From positions 17,968-81,967 of the forward strand of contig DIAS01000015.1 of assembly GCA_002415855.1 (NCBI GenBank): a stretch of DNA of 64,000 nt, written 5' to 3'. How positions within the stretch are numbered: the stretch's first letter is position 1; every line of letters starts with the position of its first letter. Positions 1 to 10,508 of this stretch are shown here, piece after piece. Source of the stretch: Bacteroidales bacterium UBA5072 (lineage in GTDB: Bacteria; Bacteroidota; Bacteroidia; Bacteroidales; UBA10428). The notes beneath the pieces were generated by a model. It did not search any database and had not been told where the DNA came from. It saw nothing but the letters and a program-made list of their open reading frames with translations. The translations under genes and the position numbers were made by a program.

Positions 1-968
1 ATAATCCCAACCGGCAAATTATCGAAAATCGATTGCAGGGTGTTGAGTTCAAGATTTGTTTTTTCGCGTAAAGACAGATTTTTGCCCAGATTCCCATAAA
101 GAAGAAGCAGGAACATAAACAGGATTATTGTGCTCAGTACAGCTGAAATGATTACCCGGTTCAGGATAAGATCAAAAACAAAAGCCTTCCGCATGGAAAA
201 AACGATTCCGAACTTTTCGTTCAGGATGTTCAGGGGAGCATAGGCGGAAAACAGCCGTTCCCTCTTGCCATTGTACACTACGGATTGCTTTGCAAAGCCC
301 GATAATTCACGATCGATATTCGCTTTCAAAGGCACAATATCAACTGATTCCACAGGCAGCCGTGCATTGTTATACATGATCTTCCCTTCATTATCAACCA
401 TCCATTGCCAAAAATTGCCATTGTGATGATAATGGTCGAAAACCGATTGAAGAAAGTCAGGCAAGTCGAGGGTAAAAGCGACATTGGCATATAGCAGATT
501 ATTGCTGAATACCGGGAATGTATAAAGGTATTCCTCATTGGATTTCATCACAATCTCACGGTCCTGTAATTCATTCTGACGCTGGGTAACGAAAGGATCG
601 ACCAGAAGCCTGTTCTTTTTGTTGAAAGACAGATTCAATACATTTTTATTGCTATCATAGATATGAACGTTCTTGATAAGGGCACTGTTGTTGGTAAGCA
701 ATAACTCAAGACTCCTCAGGCCATCCTGATTGATGTCATCGCTGCTGATATCAATAGTCAACAGGGCATTGGAATAAAGCAGGGCATTTACTTCATTTTC
801 AAACTTCATCAGTGCGCCTTCGATCTCACTTACACTAGCCTCTGCCTGACCGGACAGAATACTGCGTTGAAAAGCTATCTGGTTCCTGTAGATCGATATA
901 TTAAAATAAATATTGAGTAATATAACGATGATGGTAATAATAATAAAAGAGAATGTGTACTTCTTCAT
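1..968 (-). CDS. Membrane sensor protein (TM - extracytoplasmic domain - TM - start of PAS domain), probably a sensor histidine kinase; runs off the window edge
   Basis: Not in the ORF track. Manual translation from ATG 968 gives MKKYTFSFIIITIIVILLNIYFNI..., a second TM (VIISAVLSTIILFMFLLLLY) and a PAS-like start (LQSIFDNLPVGI) at the edge. The kinase domain is not visible, so that part is inference. Confidence 0.7.
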   Translation of the reverse strand, partial: MKKYTFSFIIITIIVILLNIYFNISIYRNQIAFQRSILSGQAEASVSEIEGALMKFENEVNALLYSNALLTIDISSDDINQDGLRSLELLLTNNSALIKNVHIYDSNKNVLNLSFNKKNRLLVDPFVTQRQNELQDREIVMKSNEEYLYTFPVFSNNLLYANVAFTLDLPDFLQSVFDHYHHNGNFWQWMVDNEGKIMYNNARLPVESVDIVPLKANIDRELSGFAKQSVVYNGKRERLFSAYAPLNILNEKFGIVFSMRKAFVFDLILNRVIISAVLSTIILFMFLLLLYGNLGKNLSLREKTNLELNTLQSIFDNLPVGI

Positions 969-1054
969 CAGAATCCAATTGAAATTAATCTATCAAAATA
1001 TGAAATATTTCTAAAGGTACAATAAGTATTGCCAGATTTCTTTGAACAGCACCC

Positions 1055-1981
1055 TTATGTAGTCCTGTATTTTTGATTTTCACCGGTAAACAGTTTAAGG
1101 TAGCTCCGATATCTCGATTCATGCAGGATACCGTCTTTGCATGCCTCCATTACTGCACATCCGGGCTCATGTACATGGGTGCAGTTATAGAACTGACAAT
1201 TCCTTGAAAGCTTGAAAATGTCGTTGAAATAAAGGCCAATTTCGTTTTTTTGCAGTTCGGTTACACCAAAACCCCTTATCCCGGGAGAATCAATAATGAA
1301 AGTACCCTTGCTGATTTCTATCATTTCGGGGTAGGTGGTGGTATGCTTACCGGCAAGATGAAAAGAGGAGATCTCATTGGTTTTTAATTGTAAACCCGGA
1401 CACAACCGGTTGATCAGACTGCTTTTGCCCACACCTGAATTTCCTGCAATCAGACTCAGTTTATCCTGCAGTTGATCACGAACCATTTCCAGATGAATAT
1501 GCTTTTCGACAGAAATATCCATTACCTTATAACCCGCATATTCATAAATCGCTCTGACTTCTTCCAACCAATGCATGCGTTCGGCATCATAAAGATCCGT
1601 CTTGTTGATCAGCAAAATGCATGGGATATGATAAGCTTCGGCTGAAACCAGAAACCTGTCGACAAATTCAAGCGGAGTTTCAGGAAACCTGAGGGTGATC
1701 ATGAGCAACACCTGGTCAACATTGGCGGCCAGGATTTGTGTTTCTCGCGACAGGTTAATGGATTTTCGGATAATATAATTCTTACGCTCGTAAATTTTGG
1801 TAATGGTACCGTAATCCTGGTCGTCTGTTTCAAGCTCAACCTGATCACCAACCGCAACAGGATTGGTATTTTTGATCTCCCGTATCCGGAAATTGCCTTT
1901 CAGCCGGCACCTGACAAGTTTATCTCCTGTTCTGACCAGGTGCCAGCTCCCGGTCGTTTTTACAACTATACCTTTGTTCAA
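1055..1981 (-). CDS. rsgA: Ribosome small subunit-dependent GTPase A
   Basis: Circularly permuted GTPase motifs NKTD, GNSGVGKSS, GKHTTT and DSPG; C-terminal Zn site CQFYNCTHVHEPGC; TTG start. Confidence 0.95.
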   Translation of the reverse strand: MNKGIVVKTTGSWHLVRTGDKLVRCRLKGNFRIREIKNTNPVAVGDQVELETDDQDYGTITKIYERKNYIIRKSINLSRETQILAANVDQVLLMITLRFPETPLEFVDRFLVSAEAYHIPCILLINKTDLYDAERMHWLEEVRAIYEYAGYKVMDISVEKHIHLEMVRDQLQDKLSLIAGNSGVGKSSLINRLCPGLQLKTNEISSFHLAGKHTTTYPEMIEISKGTFIIDSPGIRGFGVTELQKNEIGLYFNDIFKLSRNCQFYNCTHVHEPGCAVMEACKDGILHESRYRSYLKLFTGENQKYRTT

Positions 1982-2079
1982 TGAATGCTTCGAAAATTGT
2001 ATTTTTACCCTGCGAAAATACAGAAGAGATTCGTAATTTTAAGTATGCAATAGCCATAAAATGAAGGAAAGCAAGAAAT

Positions 2080-2457
2080 ATGAAAACAATCAGACAACAT
2101 CATTTTATTAATGCAACACCCGAGGAAGTATTTTCAGCCATTACCAATCCGTTTACCATTGAACTCTGGAGCGGTTATCCCGCTGAGATGGATGCAAGGG
2201 AAGGAACCGAGTTTTCGATCTTCGAAGGAGATATTGTTGGAAAGAACCTTAAAATCACAGAGAATAAGCAGGTGGTGCAGGAATGGTACTTTGGCGAACG
2301 ACAGGAGGAGTCAATCGTGACCATCGAACTCAAACCTCACCAGCTTGGAACAAAAGTTACCCTGGAGCATACCAACGTTCCCGATGACGAATTGGATGAT
2401 TTTCAGGAAGGATGGAAAGTTTATTATTGGGGAGCAATTAAAGCGTTTTTTAAATAA
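2080..2457 (+). CDS. SRPBCC / AHSA1-like (activator of Hsp90 ATPase homolog) domain protein
   Basis: 125 aa with ATPEEVF..., GTKVTLEHTNVP and C-terminal EGWKVYYW, typical of AHSA1 C-domain proteins. Confidence 0.8.
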   Translation: MKTIRQHHFINATPEEVFSAITNPFTIELWSGYPAEMDAREGTEFSIFEGDIVGKNLKITENKQVVQEWYFGERQEESIVTIELKPHQLGTKVTLEHTNVPDDELDDFQEGWKVYYWGAIKAFFK

Positions 2458-2514
2458 TTATAATACAATAAAATAAACTATTCAACTTTAAATAAAGCTT
2501 AAAAGATTTATAGT

Positions 2515-3759
2515 TTGAAAAGAGAAGATATTGATCTGATGGCACCCGTGGGGTCTTTTGAATCACTCACAGCAGCCGTCAGGGCAGGTGCAGATTCTGT
2601 GTATTTTGGTCTGGGCAGGTTAAACATGAGGGCCAGATCCTCCATAAACTTCACCCCCGCTGATCTTGAGAAAATCATGAGGATATGCCGGCATTTCAAC
2701 AAAAAAGCATACCTGACGCTGAATGTTGTCTTCTATGATCAGGAGATGGACGAAATGAAACACATGGTCGATCTTGCAACAGAAAATGGTGTCGATGCAA
2801 TTATCGCTTCTGATCAGGCAGCTATTCATTATGCCTGGCAACGGGGTATGGAGGTACATCTCTCTACCCAGGTGAATATCAGTAATGCAGAATCACTCAG
2901 GTTCTATGCTGCCTATGCCGATGTGGTTGTGCTCGCCAGGGAACTTTCACTAGAACAGGTGGCTGTCATAAACCAGACTATTGAAAGGGATCAGATTAAG
3001 GGGCCGTCTGGTATGCTTATGAAGACCGAACTGTTTGCCCATGGCGCATTGTGTATGGCAGTATCCGGCAAATGTTACCTCAGCCTTCATCACCACGGCT
3101 ATTCTGCTAACCGGGGCGAATGTCTTCAGGATTGCCGGAGAAGTTATACTGTCAAGGAAAAGGAAGGTGGATTTGAGCTTGATCTTGAGAATGAGTTTAT
3201 TATGTCGCCCAAGGATTTGTGTACCATCCATTTTATCAACAAAATTATCGATGCAGGAATCCGTGTTCTGAAGATCGAAGGCAGGGCACGCTCGCCGGAA
3301 TATGTAAAAACCGTTATTGAATGTTATGACCAGGCACTTCAAAGTGTTGCGAACGGTTCTTATACGCATGAAAAAATTACCGCATGGCGTGAAAGGCTAT
3401 CCACCGTATTTAACCGCGGATTCTGGGACGGATATTATCTGGGCCAACGGCTGGGTGCCTGGAGTGATGTGTATGGATCCAAGGCTACACAAAAGAAAGA
3501 ATATGCTGCAAAATGCATGAATTATTTTGCCCGGATCGGAATTGCTGAATTCTTATGCGAAGCAGGTTCTCTGAGCATGGGCGACAGCATTATCATCATG
3601 GGACCAACCACCGGTGTGATAGAATTGGTCGTTGGTGAAATCCGTGTTGATCTGGTCAAAGTAAGCAGGACAGCTGCCGGTGATCGCTTTTCCATTTCTG
3701 TTCCACGAAAAATTCGACGGGCTGACAAATTATACCGGCTTTCAGCTGAAACACGGTAA
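2515..3759 (+). CDS. Peptidase U32 family protein (Fe-S RNA hydroxylase type, TrhP/PrtC-like)
   Basis: LMAPVGS, GADSVYFG, HGALCMAVSGKCYLS, SANRGECLQDCR, LKIEGRAR. Confidence 0.9.
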   Translation: MKREDIDLMAPVGSFESLTAAVRAGADSVYFGLGRLNMRARSSINFTPADLEKIMRICRHFNKKAYLTLNVVFYDQEMDEMKHMVDLATENGVDAIIASDQAAIHYAWQRGMEVHLSTQVNISNAESLRFYAAYADVVVLARELSLEQVAVINQTIERDQIKGPSGMLMKTELFAHGALCMAVSGKCYLSLHHHGYSANRGECLQDCRRSYTVKEKEGGFELDLENEFIMSPKDLCTIHFINKIIDAGIRVLKIEGRARSPEYVKTVIECYDQALQSVANGSYTHEKITAWRERLSTVFNRGFWDGYYLGQRLGAWSDVYGSKATQKKEYAAKCMNYFARIGIAEFLCEAGSLSMGDSIIIMGPTTGVIELVVGEIRVDLVKVSRTAAGDRFSISVPRKIRRADKLYRLSAETR

Positions 3760-3823
3760 GCCTTTGTCATTTAATTGTTTTTTTGTACTTTCATGCAACT
3801 CGTAAACCTTAATCCCTTCCCGT

Positions 3824-6800
3824 ATGAAAGTACCTGCAATTTCAGTTACCCTGGCAAAGATTGTCATACCGTTATTTTTGCTACTTTCCCTGGCACAATG
3901 CAAAAAGAGCAATAAAGCGCATTTGCCCATTAATCCTGCTTTTACCGAGAAAATAGCTGCTTTTACTTCCGGCGTTATTTCATCCGAATCTGTAATTCAG
4001 ATCGTCCTGGCTGAAGATTATCCCGGCGGGGATATCCTTTCTGCTCCTGCCGGAGAGGGCCTATTTCGTTTTAAACCTGCTGTTAAAGGCCAGGCTGTAT
4101 GGGTCGATAAAAGAACCATTGAATTCAGGCCGGCTGAGAAACTAAAATCCGGGGAAACCTATTCGGCAAAATTTTTTCTTTCGAAGATCCTTCGGGTTCC
4201 CAAGGATATCGCCGTCCTTGAATTTACCTTCAGCGTGGTGGAACAAGCTTTTGCAGTGAGTATTGAAGGTTATCAAACACATAATGAGAATGATCTGGTC
4301 TGGAATCGGATAAAAGGTGCAGTTAACACATCTGATGTCATAGATAATGAGATAATTCAAACATATTTCAAAGCATTCCAGGATAAACGTAATCTGAAGA
4401 TCAGCTGGGAGCCAGGAAGTGACCAAAGAACATTCAGTTTCACAATCGATAGCGTGAAACGCGCCGAAAAGCCTGGCAGAGTTGAAATTCTGTGGGATGC
4501 CTCGCCGGATTACAAAAAAATTAACGGGAAGCAGGAGGTTGAGATCCCTTCTTTGAGTGATTACAAAGTCATGGACATAAAAGTAGTACAGCAGCCCGAA
4601 CAATATGTACAGATCATGTTCAGTGATCCCATCAGGAAAAATCAGAATTTTGAAGGACTTATATTCCTCGATGGCAACACATCGCTCGAGTATTCAGTTT
4701 CCGGCAATATAATCAAGGCATTTCCCGTAGTAAGGCAAAGCGGGGAAACCGGGATAACCGTTCGCCAGGGTATTGTCAATATCTTAGGGTACAGTTTGAA
4801 GGAGGATTTTGTTGCCGATATCAATTTCGAAGTACCTAAGCCAGCCGTGAGATTGGCAGGCAAAGGTGTCATCCTGCCTTCAACAAAAGGCATGGTCTTT
4901 CCGTTTGAAGCAGTAAACCTGAGCGCTGTAGATGTAAAGATCATCAAGATTTTTGAGAACAATGTCAGCCATTTTCTGCAGGTAAACCGGCTCGATGGAA
5001 GCAATCAGCTAAAAAGGGCCGGCCGGCTCGTCCACAAACAAACCGTGTTGCTAAACTATGAACCAGCTGACCTGGGCAAATGGAACCGTTTTTATCTCGA
5101 TTTGGCCAAGCTGATCACACCGGACCCGGGTTCAATTTACAGAGTGGAGATCTCTTTCCGGCAGAAGTATTCCCTCTATCCCTGCAGCAATACACCGGAA
5201 GAGTCAGAAGAACAGGTGGAGGCAGATGATTATTCTGCGGAAATGGCAGAAACCTCTTATTGGGATTCTTATGAAGAGTACTATGACGATTATGATTATG
5301 ATTATGATTATGATTGGGAAGACCGTGATGATCCCTGTACACCTTCTTATTACAGGCAGAATAAATGGGTGGCGCGCAATATCCTGGCTTCCGATCTGGG
5401 AATTGTCGTAAAATCAGGGACTGATCAGCAAATCCTTTGTGCTGTTACCAATCTGGTTACGGCAAAACCCATGGAAGGAGTTGAAGTAACACTTTACAAT
5501 TTTCAACAACAGCCCGTTGCCACAGGGACAACCGATAATAATGGATTTGTTACTGTACGGACCACGGAAAAGCCCTTTTTACTCATTGCCCGGTTTGAAA
5601 AGCAGCGCGGCTACCTGCGCCTGGATGATGGGTCCTCCTTATCGCTTGGAGCGTTTGATGTTTCCGGGAATGCCGTTCCGAAAGGCATCAAGGGATTTAT
5701 TTATGGAGAAAGGGGTGTCTGGCGTCCCGGCGATACATTGTTTCTCACCTTTATGCTGCAGGACAAACAGAAATTATTGCCCGCATCTCACCCTGTGATT
5801 TTTGAATTATACAATCCGAAAGGTCAATTGTTTGCTCGAAGCACAAAGACTTCTGGTATGGATGGGTTCTACTCCTGGCCTGTTGCCACCTCACAGGATG
5901 CCCCGACAGGAAACTGGAATCTCCTGGTTAAGGTTGGCGGCACACAGTTTACACGGAATATCAAGGTGGAAACCGTGAAACCCAACCGGCTTAAGATTGA
6001 TCTGAAGTTCAATACAAAACTACTTTCCGCATCCAATCCTTTGCTCAGTGGCAACATGTCAGTCATCTGGCTGCACGGGGCCGTGGCCTCCAACCTGAAA
6101 ACCTCTGTATCTTTCACACTGACCAAGGCTGCCACGGTATTTGAAAAATATCCGGATTTTCAATTTACCGATCCGGCTCGGAGCTTCGAGGCGGAAGAGC
6201 AGGTTCTTTATGAAGGTTACACAGATGATAACGGCAAGGCAACTATCCCAGGCCGGATAAAAGTTGACCGCGCATCACCGGGGATGCTTAACGTAAATTT
6301 TACTACCCGTGTGTTTGAAAAGGGAGGAGATTTCAGTATCGACAGGTTCAGCATGCCCTATTCACCCTATGCTGCTTATGTGGGTTTAAAAACACCGGAA
6401 GGCGACAAACGGGGAATGTTGCTGACCGATACCACCCAATGGGTTGATGTGGTACTCGTCAATGAAAACGGCATGCCGGTTAGCAGGCCCGATCTTGAGG
6501 CAAGTGTTTACAAGCTCGACTGGCGAAACTGGTGGGAATCTGCAGACGATGAGCTGGCTGATTTTGTTGGGAACACATATAACCGTCCAGTTATTTCAAA
6601 AACAATTGCAGCGGTGAACGGCAGGGCAAAATTTGGCTTCAGGATCAACCGTCCGGACTGGGGAAGATTTTATATCCGTATCGTTGATCCGGTCAGCGGA
6701 CATGCTGCCGGAAAAATTGTGTACATTGACTGGCCCGGTTGGGCCGGGCGCCCCATGAGAGACAACCCTGAAGCTGCAAGCATGTTGACATTTAATTCCG

Positions 6801-9403
6801 ATAAAAAGCAATATACAGTTGGAGAAACTGCGGAAATAACCATTCCTACGGGTGGCATGGGTCTTGCCTTGTTCACGGTTGAATCGGGATCGCAGGTATT
6901 GCTGAAACAATGGCTCAACGTAACGGGTCAGGAAATCAAGCACCGGTTCGAGATCACACCGGAAATGGCTCCCAATGTATATGCATATGTCACCCTTATT
7001 CAGCCACATGCAAACACTGAAAATGATATGCCTATGCGGTTGTACGGGGTAATACCCCTGCTTGTCGAGGATCCGCAGACAAAGCTCGCACCGGTAATCA
7101 GCATGCCCGATGTACTGGAGCCTTTGCAAAAGGTAACGGTCCAGGTCAGTGAAAAGAACAACAAGGAAATGACCTACACCCTTGCCATTGTGGAAGAGGG
7201 TTTACTTGACCTCACCCGGTTTAAAACCCCAGATCCCTGGAGTGAGTTTTATGCAAGGGAAGCGCTTGGCGTCAGGACCTGGGATCTGTATGATGCTGTC
7301 ATCGGTACTTATGGAGGCAAGCTGGCCAGCATACTCGGTATCGGAGGGGATGAAAATGTTGTCCCCGGTGAGTCAGCTGAAAAAGCCAACCGTTTCAAGC
7401 CTGTTGTCAAATACCTTGGACCTTTTACCTTACCTGCAGGAAAAACAAGCAAACACCAGATCAGTATCCCGAATTATATCGGGTCGATCAGGGCCATGGT
7501 TGTTGCCGGGAAAAACGGAGCTTATGGATTTTCGGAAAAAACGGTGCCGGTGAAGAAGCCTTTAATGGTACTGGCAACACTCCCACGCGTACTTGGTCCG
7601 GGAGAGCAGGTGGATTTGCCCGTTACCGTATTTGCCATGGACAATCAGGTAAAACAGGTGAATGTTACCGTAAAAACCAATGGCATGCTCCGCCTGGAAG
7701 ACCAGGGAACAAAATCAGTTACATTTAGCCAGACCGGAGATAAGATCGTTGGATTTACACTCAAAGTTGCTTCCAGAACCGGAATTGGTAAAGTACAGGT
7801 CACAGCTTCAAGCGGAAAATACACTTCCACCCACGATATTGAACTGGATGTAAGAAATGCAAATCCCCCAGTCACAACCTTTATCGGAGGAACTGCTGAA
7901 TCAGGAAAATCCTGGGAAGCAGATTTCAGTCTGCCGGGAATGGAGAGTACCAATACGGCAATTCTTGAAGTTTCGGGAATTCCACCGATTGATGCAGGCA
8001 GAAGATTGAAATACCTTATCAGTTATCCCCATGGATGCATTGAACAAATTACTTCTGCAGTATTTCCGCAGCTTTTCCTCGCTGATGTTATGGAACTCGA
8101 CGATAAAACGAAGGCTGCCATTGATTTGCACATCAAAGCCGGTATTCATAAACTGAACGCCTTCCAGATATCTGGAGGAGGATTTGCTTATTGGCCGGGT
8201 AACTCGCAGATCAATTCGTGGGGGAATTCCTATGCAGGTCATTTTTTGCTTGAAGCTGAGAAAAAGGGTTATGCATTGCCCGGCGGACTCAAATCAGGCT
8301 GGCTGAAATCACAGAAGCAACTGGCCCGACAATGGACGCCCATGCAGAACAAAGAATTATGGAGGCAGGACGACCTGGAACAGGCCTATCGATTGTTTAC
8401 ACTGGCCCTTGCCGGCGAACCCGAGACAGGGGCAATGAACCGGCTCAGGGAATACAAGTTGCTGTGCCTGCAGGCAAAGTGGAGACTGGCTGCAGCTTAC
8501 GCATTGACGGGACAGTCTGCGGTTGCAAAGGAGCTGATTGCCCGTGAAAGCACAGATATTAAGCAGTATAATGGTTTTTATTCAAGTTATGGTTCAAGAG
8601 AAAGAGACTGGGCCATGATGCTCGAAACCATGACACTTCTCAACGATCAGACAAGAGGAGCCGATCTGGCCCGAAAGATCTCGGGCGTCCTTTCTGCCGG
8701 TTACTGGATGAGTACCCAGTCAACAGCTTACTGTCTGTTGGCCATGGCTAAGTTCGCACAGGGCCGGACCTCCGGGAAAATGGAATTCACCTACAAACTC
8801 ATGGACGGAAAAACACTGACGGTTGCATCCGGAAAACCATTTGCGCAGGTTTCCCTTCCGATCGGCAGGAATATAAAAACGGGCCATATTTCCGTGACAA
8901 ACAAAGGGCAGGGAGTACTCTTTACAAGGATCATCATGGAGGGTGTACCGGCAGCCGGTGAAGAAAAAGAGTTCAGCAACAATCTGGCCATGGAGGTGCG
9001 TTACAGAACCCTTGAGGGTGAATCACTGGATATTTCCAGGCTTACCCAGGGCACGGATTTTGCTGCAGTGGTTGAAGTTCAAAACGAAGGATTGATGGAT
9101 TACACGGACATGGCTCTTAACCAAATCTTCCCTTCGGGTTGGGAAATTCAGAATAACCGGATCACGGATATGGAATTGCCGGGTCAAACAGCAACACTTT
9201 TGTATCAGGATATCCGGGATGATCGCGTATATACCTATTTCAATCTGATGCGGGGTGAGAGGAAGACCTTTGTAGTACAGCTGAATGCTGCTTATGCAGG
9301 CCGTTACTATTTGCCTGGATATTACTGTGAGGCCATGTACGACAACAGTGTTAGTGCCATGAAGAAAGGACAGTGGATCGAAATTGTAACTTTGGGAAAG
9401 TAG
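3824..9403 (+). CDS. Bacterial alpha-2-macroglobulin lipoprotein (YfhM/MG2 family)
   Basis: 1859 aa; lipobox LAQC; ERGVWRPGD MG2 motif; thioester motif YPHGCIEQ; C-terminal DIRDDRV. Confidence 0.95.
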   Translation: MKVPAISVTLAKIVIPLFLLLSLAQCKKSNKAHLPINPAFTEKIAAFTSGVISSESVIQIVLAEDYPGGDILSAPAGEGLFRFKPAVKGQAVWVDKRTIEFRPAEKLKSGETYSAKFFLSKILRVPKDIAVLEFTFSVVEQAFAVSIEGYQTHNENDLVWNRIKGAVNTSDVIDNEIIQTYFKAFQDKRNLKISWEPGSDQRTFSFTIDSVKRAEKPGRVEILWDASPDYKKINGKQEVEIPSLSDYKVMDIKVVQQPEQYVQIMFSDPIRKNQNFEGLIFLDGNTSLEYSVSGNIIKAFPVVRQSGETGITVRQGIVNILGYSLKEDFVADINFEVPKPAVRLAGKGVILPSTKGMVFPFEAVNLSAVDVKIIKIFENNVSHFLQVNRLDGSNQLKRAGRLVHKQTVLLNYEPADLGKWNRFYLDLAKLITPDPGSIYRVEISFRQKYSLYPCSNTPEESEEQVEADDYSAEMAETSYWDSYEEYYDDYDYDYDYDWEDRDDPCTPSYYRQNKWVARNILASDLGIVVKSGTDQQILCAVTNLVTAKPMEGVEVTLYNFQQQPVATGTTDNNGFVTVRTTEKPFLLIARFEKQRGYLRLDDGSSLSLGAFDVSGNAVPKGIKGFIYGERGVWRPGDTLFLTFMLQDKQKLLPASHPVIFELYNPKGQLFARSTKTSGMDGFYSWPVATSQDAPTGNWNLLVKVGGTQFTRNIKVETVKPNRLKIDLKFNTKLLSASNPLLSGNMSVIWLHGAVASNLKTSVSFTLTKAATVFEKYPDFQFTDPARSFEAEEQVLYEGYTDDNGKATIPGRIKVDRASPGMLNVNFTTRVFEKGGDFSIDRFSMPYSPYAAYVGLKTPEGDKRGMLLTDTTQWVDVVLVNENGMPVSRPDLEASVYKLDWRNWWESADDELADFVGNTYNRPVISKTIAAVNGRAKFGFRINRPDWGRFYIRIVDPVSGHAAGKIVYIDWPGWAGRPMRDNPEAASMLTFNSDKKQYTVGETAEITIPTGGMGLALFTVESGSQVLLKQWLNVTGQEIKHRFEITPEMAPNVYAYVTLIQPHANTENDMPMRLYGVIPLLVEDPQTKLAPVISMPDVLEPLQKVTVQVSEKNNKEMTYTLAIVEEGLLDLTRFKTPDPWSEFYAREALGVRTWDLYDAVIGTYGGKLASILGIGGDENVVPGESAEKANRFKPVVKYLGPFTLPAGKTSKHQISIPNYIGSIRAMVVAGKNGAYGFSEKTVPVKKPLMVLATLPRVLGPGEQVDLPVTVFAMDNQVKQVNVTVKTNGMLRLEDQGTKSVTFSQTGDKIVGFTLKVASRTGIGKVQVTASSGKYTSTHDIELDVRNANPPVTTFIGGTAESGKSWEADFSLPGMESTNTAILEVSGIPPIDAGRRLKYLISYPHGCIEQITSAVFPQLFLADVMELDDKTKAAIDLHIKAGIHKLNAFQISGGGFAYWPGNSQINSWGNSYAGHFLLEAEKKGYALPGGLKSGWLKSQKQLARQWTPMQNKELWRQDDLEQAYRLFTLALAGEPETGAMNRLREYKLLCLQAKWRLAAAYALTGQSAVAKELIARESTDIKQYNGFYSSYGSRERDWAMMLETMTLLNDQTRGADLARKISGVLSAGYWMSTQSTAYCLLAMAKFAQGRTSGKMEFTYKLMDGKTLTVASGKPFAQVSLPIGRNIKTGHISVTNKGQGVLFTRIIMEGVPAAGEEKEFSNNLAMEVRYRTLEGESLDISRLTQGTDFAAVVEVQNEGLMDYTDMALNQIFPSGWEIQNNRITDMELPGQTATLLYQDIRDDRVYTYFNLMRGERKTFVVQLNAAYAGRYYLPGYYCEAMYDNSVSAMKKGQWIEIVTLGK
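5288..5314 (+). repeat. In-frame (GATTAT)4 microsatellite encoding DYDYDYDYD inside the A2M gene
   Basis: gattatgattatgattatgattatgat read directly. Confidence 0.85.
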
Positions 9404-9404
9404 A

Positions 9405-10487
9405 TCACTTTGTGTGTCGCGCTACCAGTTCAATGAACTGATCAAAAAGAAATTCCGTATCTTTTGGCCCGCTCGACGCTTCAGGGTGGAACTGGGTTGA
9501 AAAGAAGGGTTTGCTTGTATGCCGCATACCTTCATTCGTTTGATCATTCAGATTCAGAAACAGCGGTTCCCAGTCGGCAGGAAGGCTGGCATTATCAATG
9601 GCATAACCATGATTCTGCGAAGTGATATAGGCTTTGTTACTGTCCTTCAGCAATACAGGCTGGTTATGGCTCCGGTGACCGTATTTCAGCTTATAGGTGT
9701 TGGCACCTGCGGCAAGAGCCAGTAACTGATTGCCCAGGCAGATTCCGTAAATAGGAATATCTTTTTGCAGGGCCTGGCGCAGATATTCAATGGTTGCAGT
9801 ACATTGCTTCGGATCTCCGGGACCATTGGAAATGAACAGCCCATCATATTCTTCCCTGGAAATATCATAATCCCAAGGTACAAGCACCACAGTTGTGTCA
9901 CGCTGCAACAGATTACGGATAATGTTGTATTTAACCCCGCAATCAATCAACAGGATACGGTAGCGGCCCTGGCCAAAAACTTTCTTCTCACGGATGCTGA
10001 CCTGCTCCACGAGATTGACCAAGTTAGGATCGTATAAGCTTATATCCACATTGTTGTATACAATTTTTCCAAGCATTGTTCCTTCTTCACGCAGGACCTT
10101 TGTCAGTTCCCGTGTATCAATGCCGTAAATGCCAGGAATTTTGGATTCCTTGAGCCAGGAACCCAGACTTTTGTTAGCATTCCAATGACTATATTCATCA
10201 GTATAATCCGAAATGATGAGGCCAGAAATATGCAAAGCATAAGATTCAAAGAATTTGTACATGGAGTCTTCCGTAAGATTTCCCGGTACACCATAATTCC
10301 CAATTATCGGATAGGTAAGCGCCAGTATCTGGCCTTTGTACGAAGGATCTGTAAGACTTTCAGGATACCCGGTCATGGCCGTGTTGAAAACAACCTCACC
10401 TGAAACTGATTTTTCATATCCGAAAGAATACCCGTCAAATACCTTGCCGTCTTCAAGTATTAGTTTAATATCTGGTCGCTTATTCAT
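9405..10487 (-). CDS. carA: Carbamoyl-phosphate synthase small subunit
   Basis: GEVVFNTAMTGYPESLTDPSY, SNGPGDP, GICLGNQ (catalytic Cys), QFHPEA; start placed at ATG 10487. Confidence 0.97.
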   Translation of the reverse strand: MNKRPDIKLILEDGKVFDGYSFGYEKSVSGEVVFNTAMTGYPESLTDPSYKGQILALTYPIIGNYGVPGNLTEDSMYKFFESYALHISGLIISDYTDEYSHWNANKSLGSWLKESKIPGIYGIDTRELTKVLREEGTMLGKIVYNNVDISLYDPNLVNLVEQVSIREKKVFGQGRYRILLIDCGVKYNIIRNLLQRDTTVVLVPWDYDISREEYDGLFISNGPGDPKQCTATIEYLRQALQKDIPIYGICLGNQLLALAAGANTYKLKYGHRSHNQPVLLKDSNKAYITSQNHGYAIDNASLPADWEPLFLNLNDQTNEGMRHTSKPFFSTQFHPEASSGPKDTEFLFDQFIELVARHTK

Positions 10488-10508
10488 GAATAACAATAAA
10501 ATAAATTA

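Noticed and set aside
326-538. 70-aa minus-strand ORF from the track
   Set aside because: It is an alternative frame inside the longer edge-truncated sensor gene (1-968).
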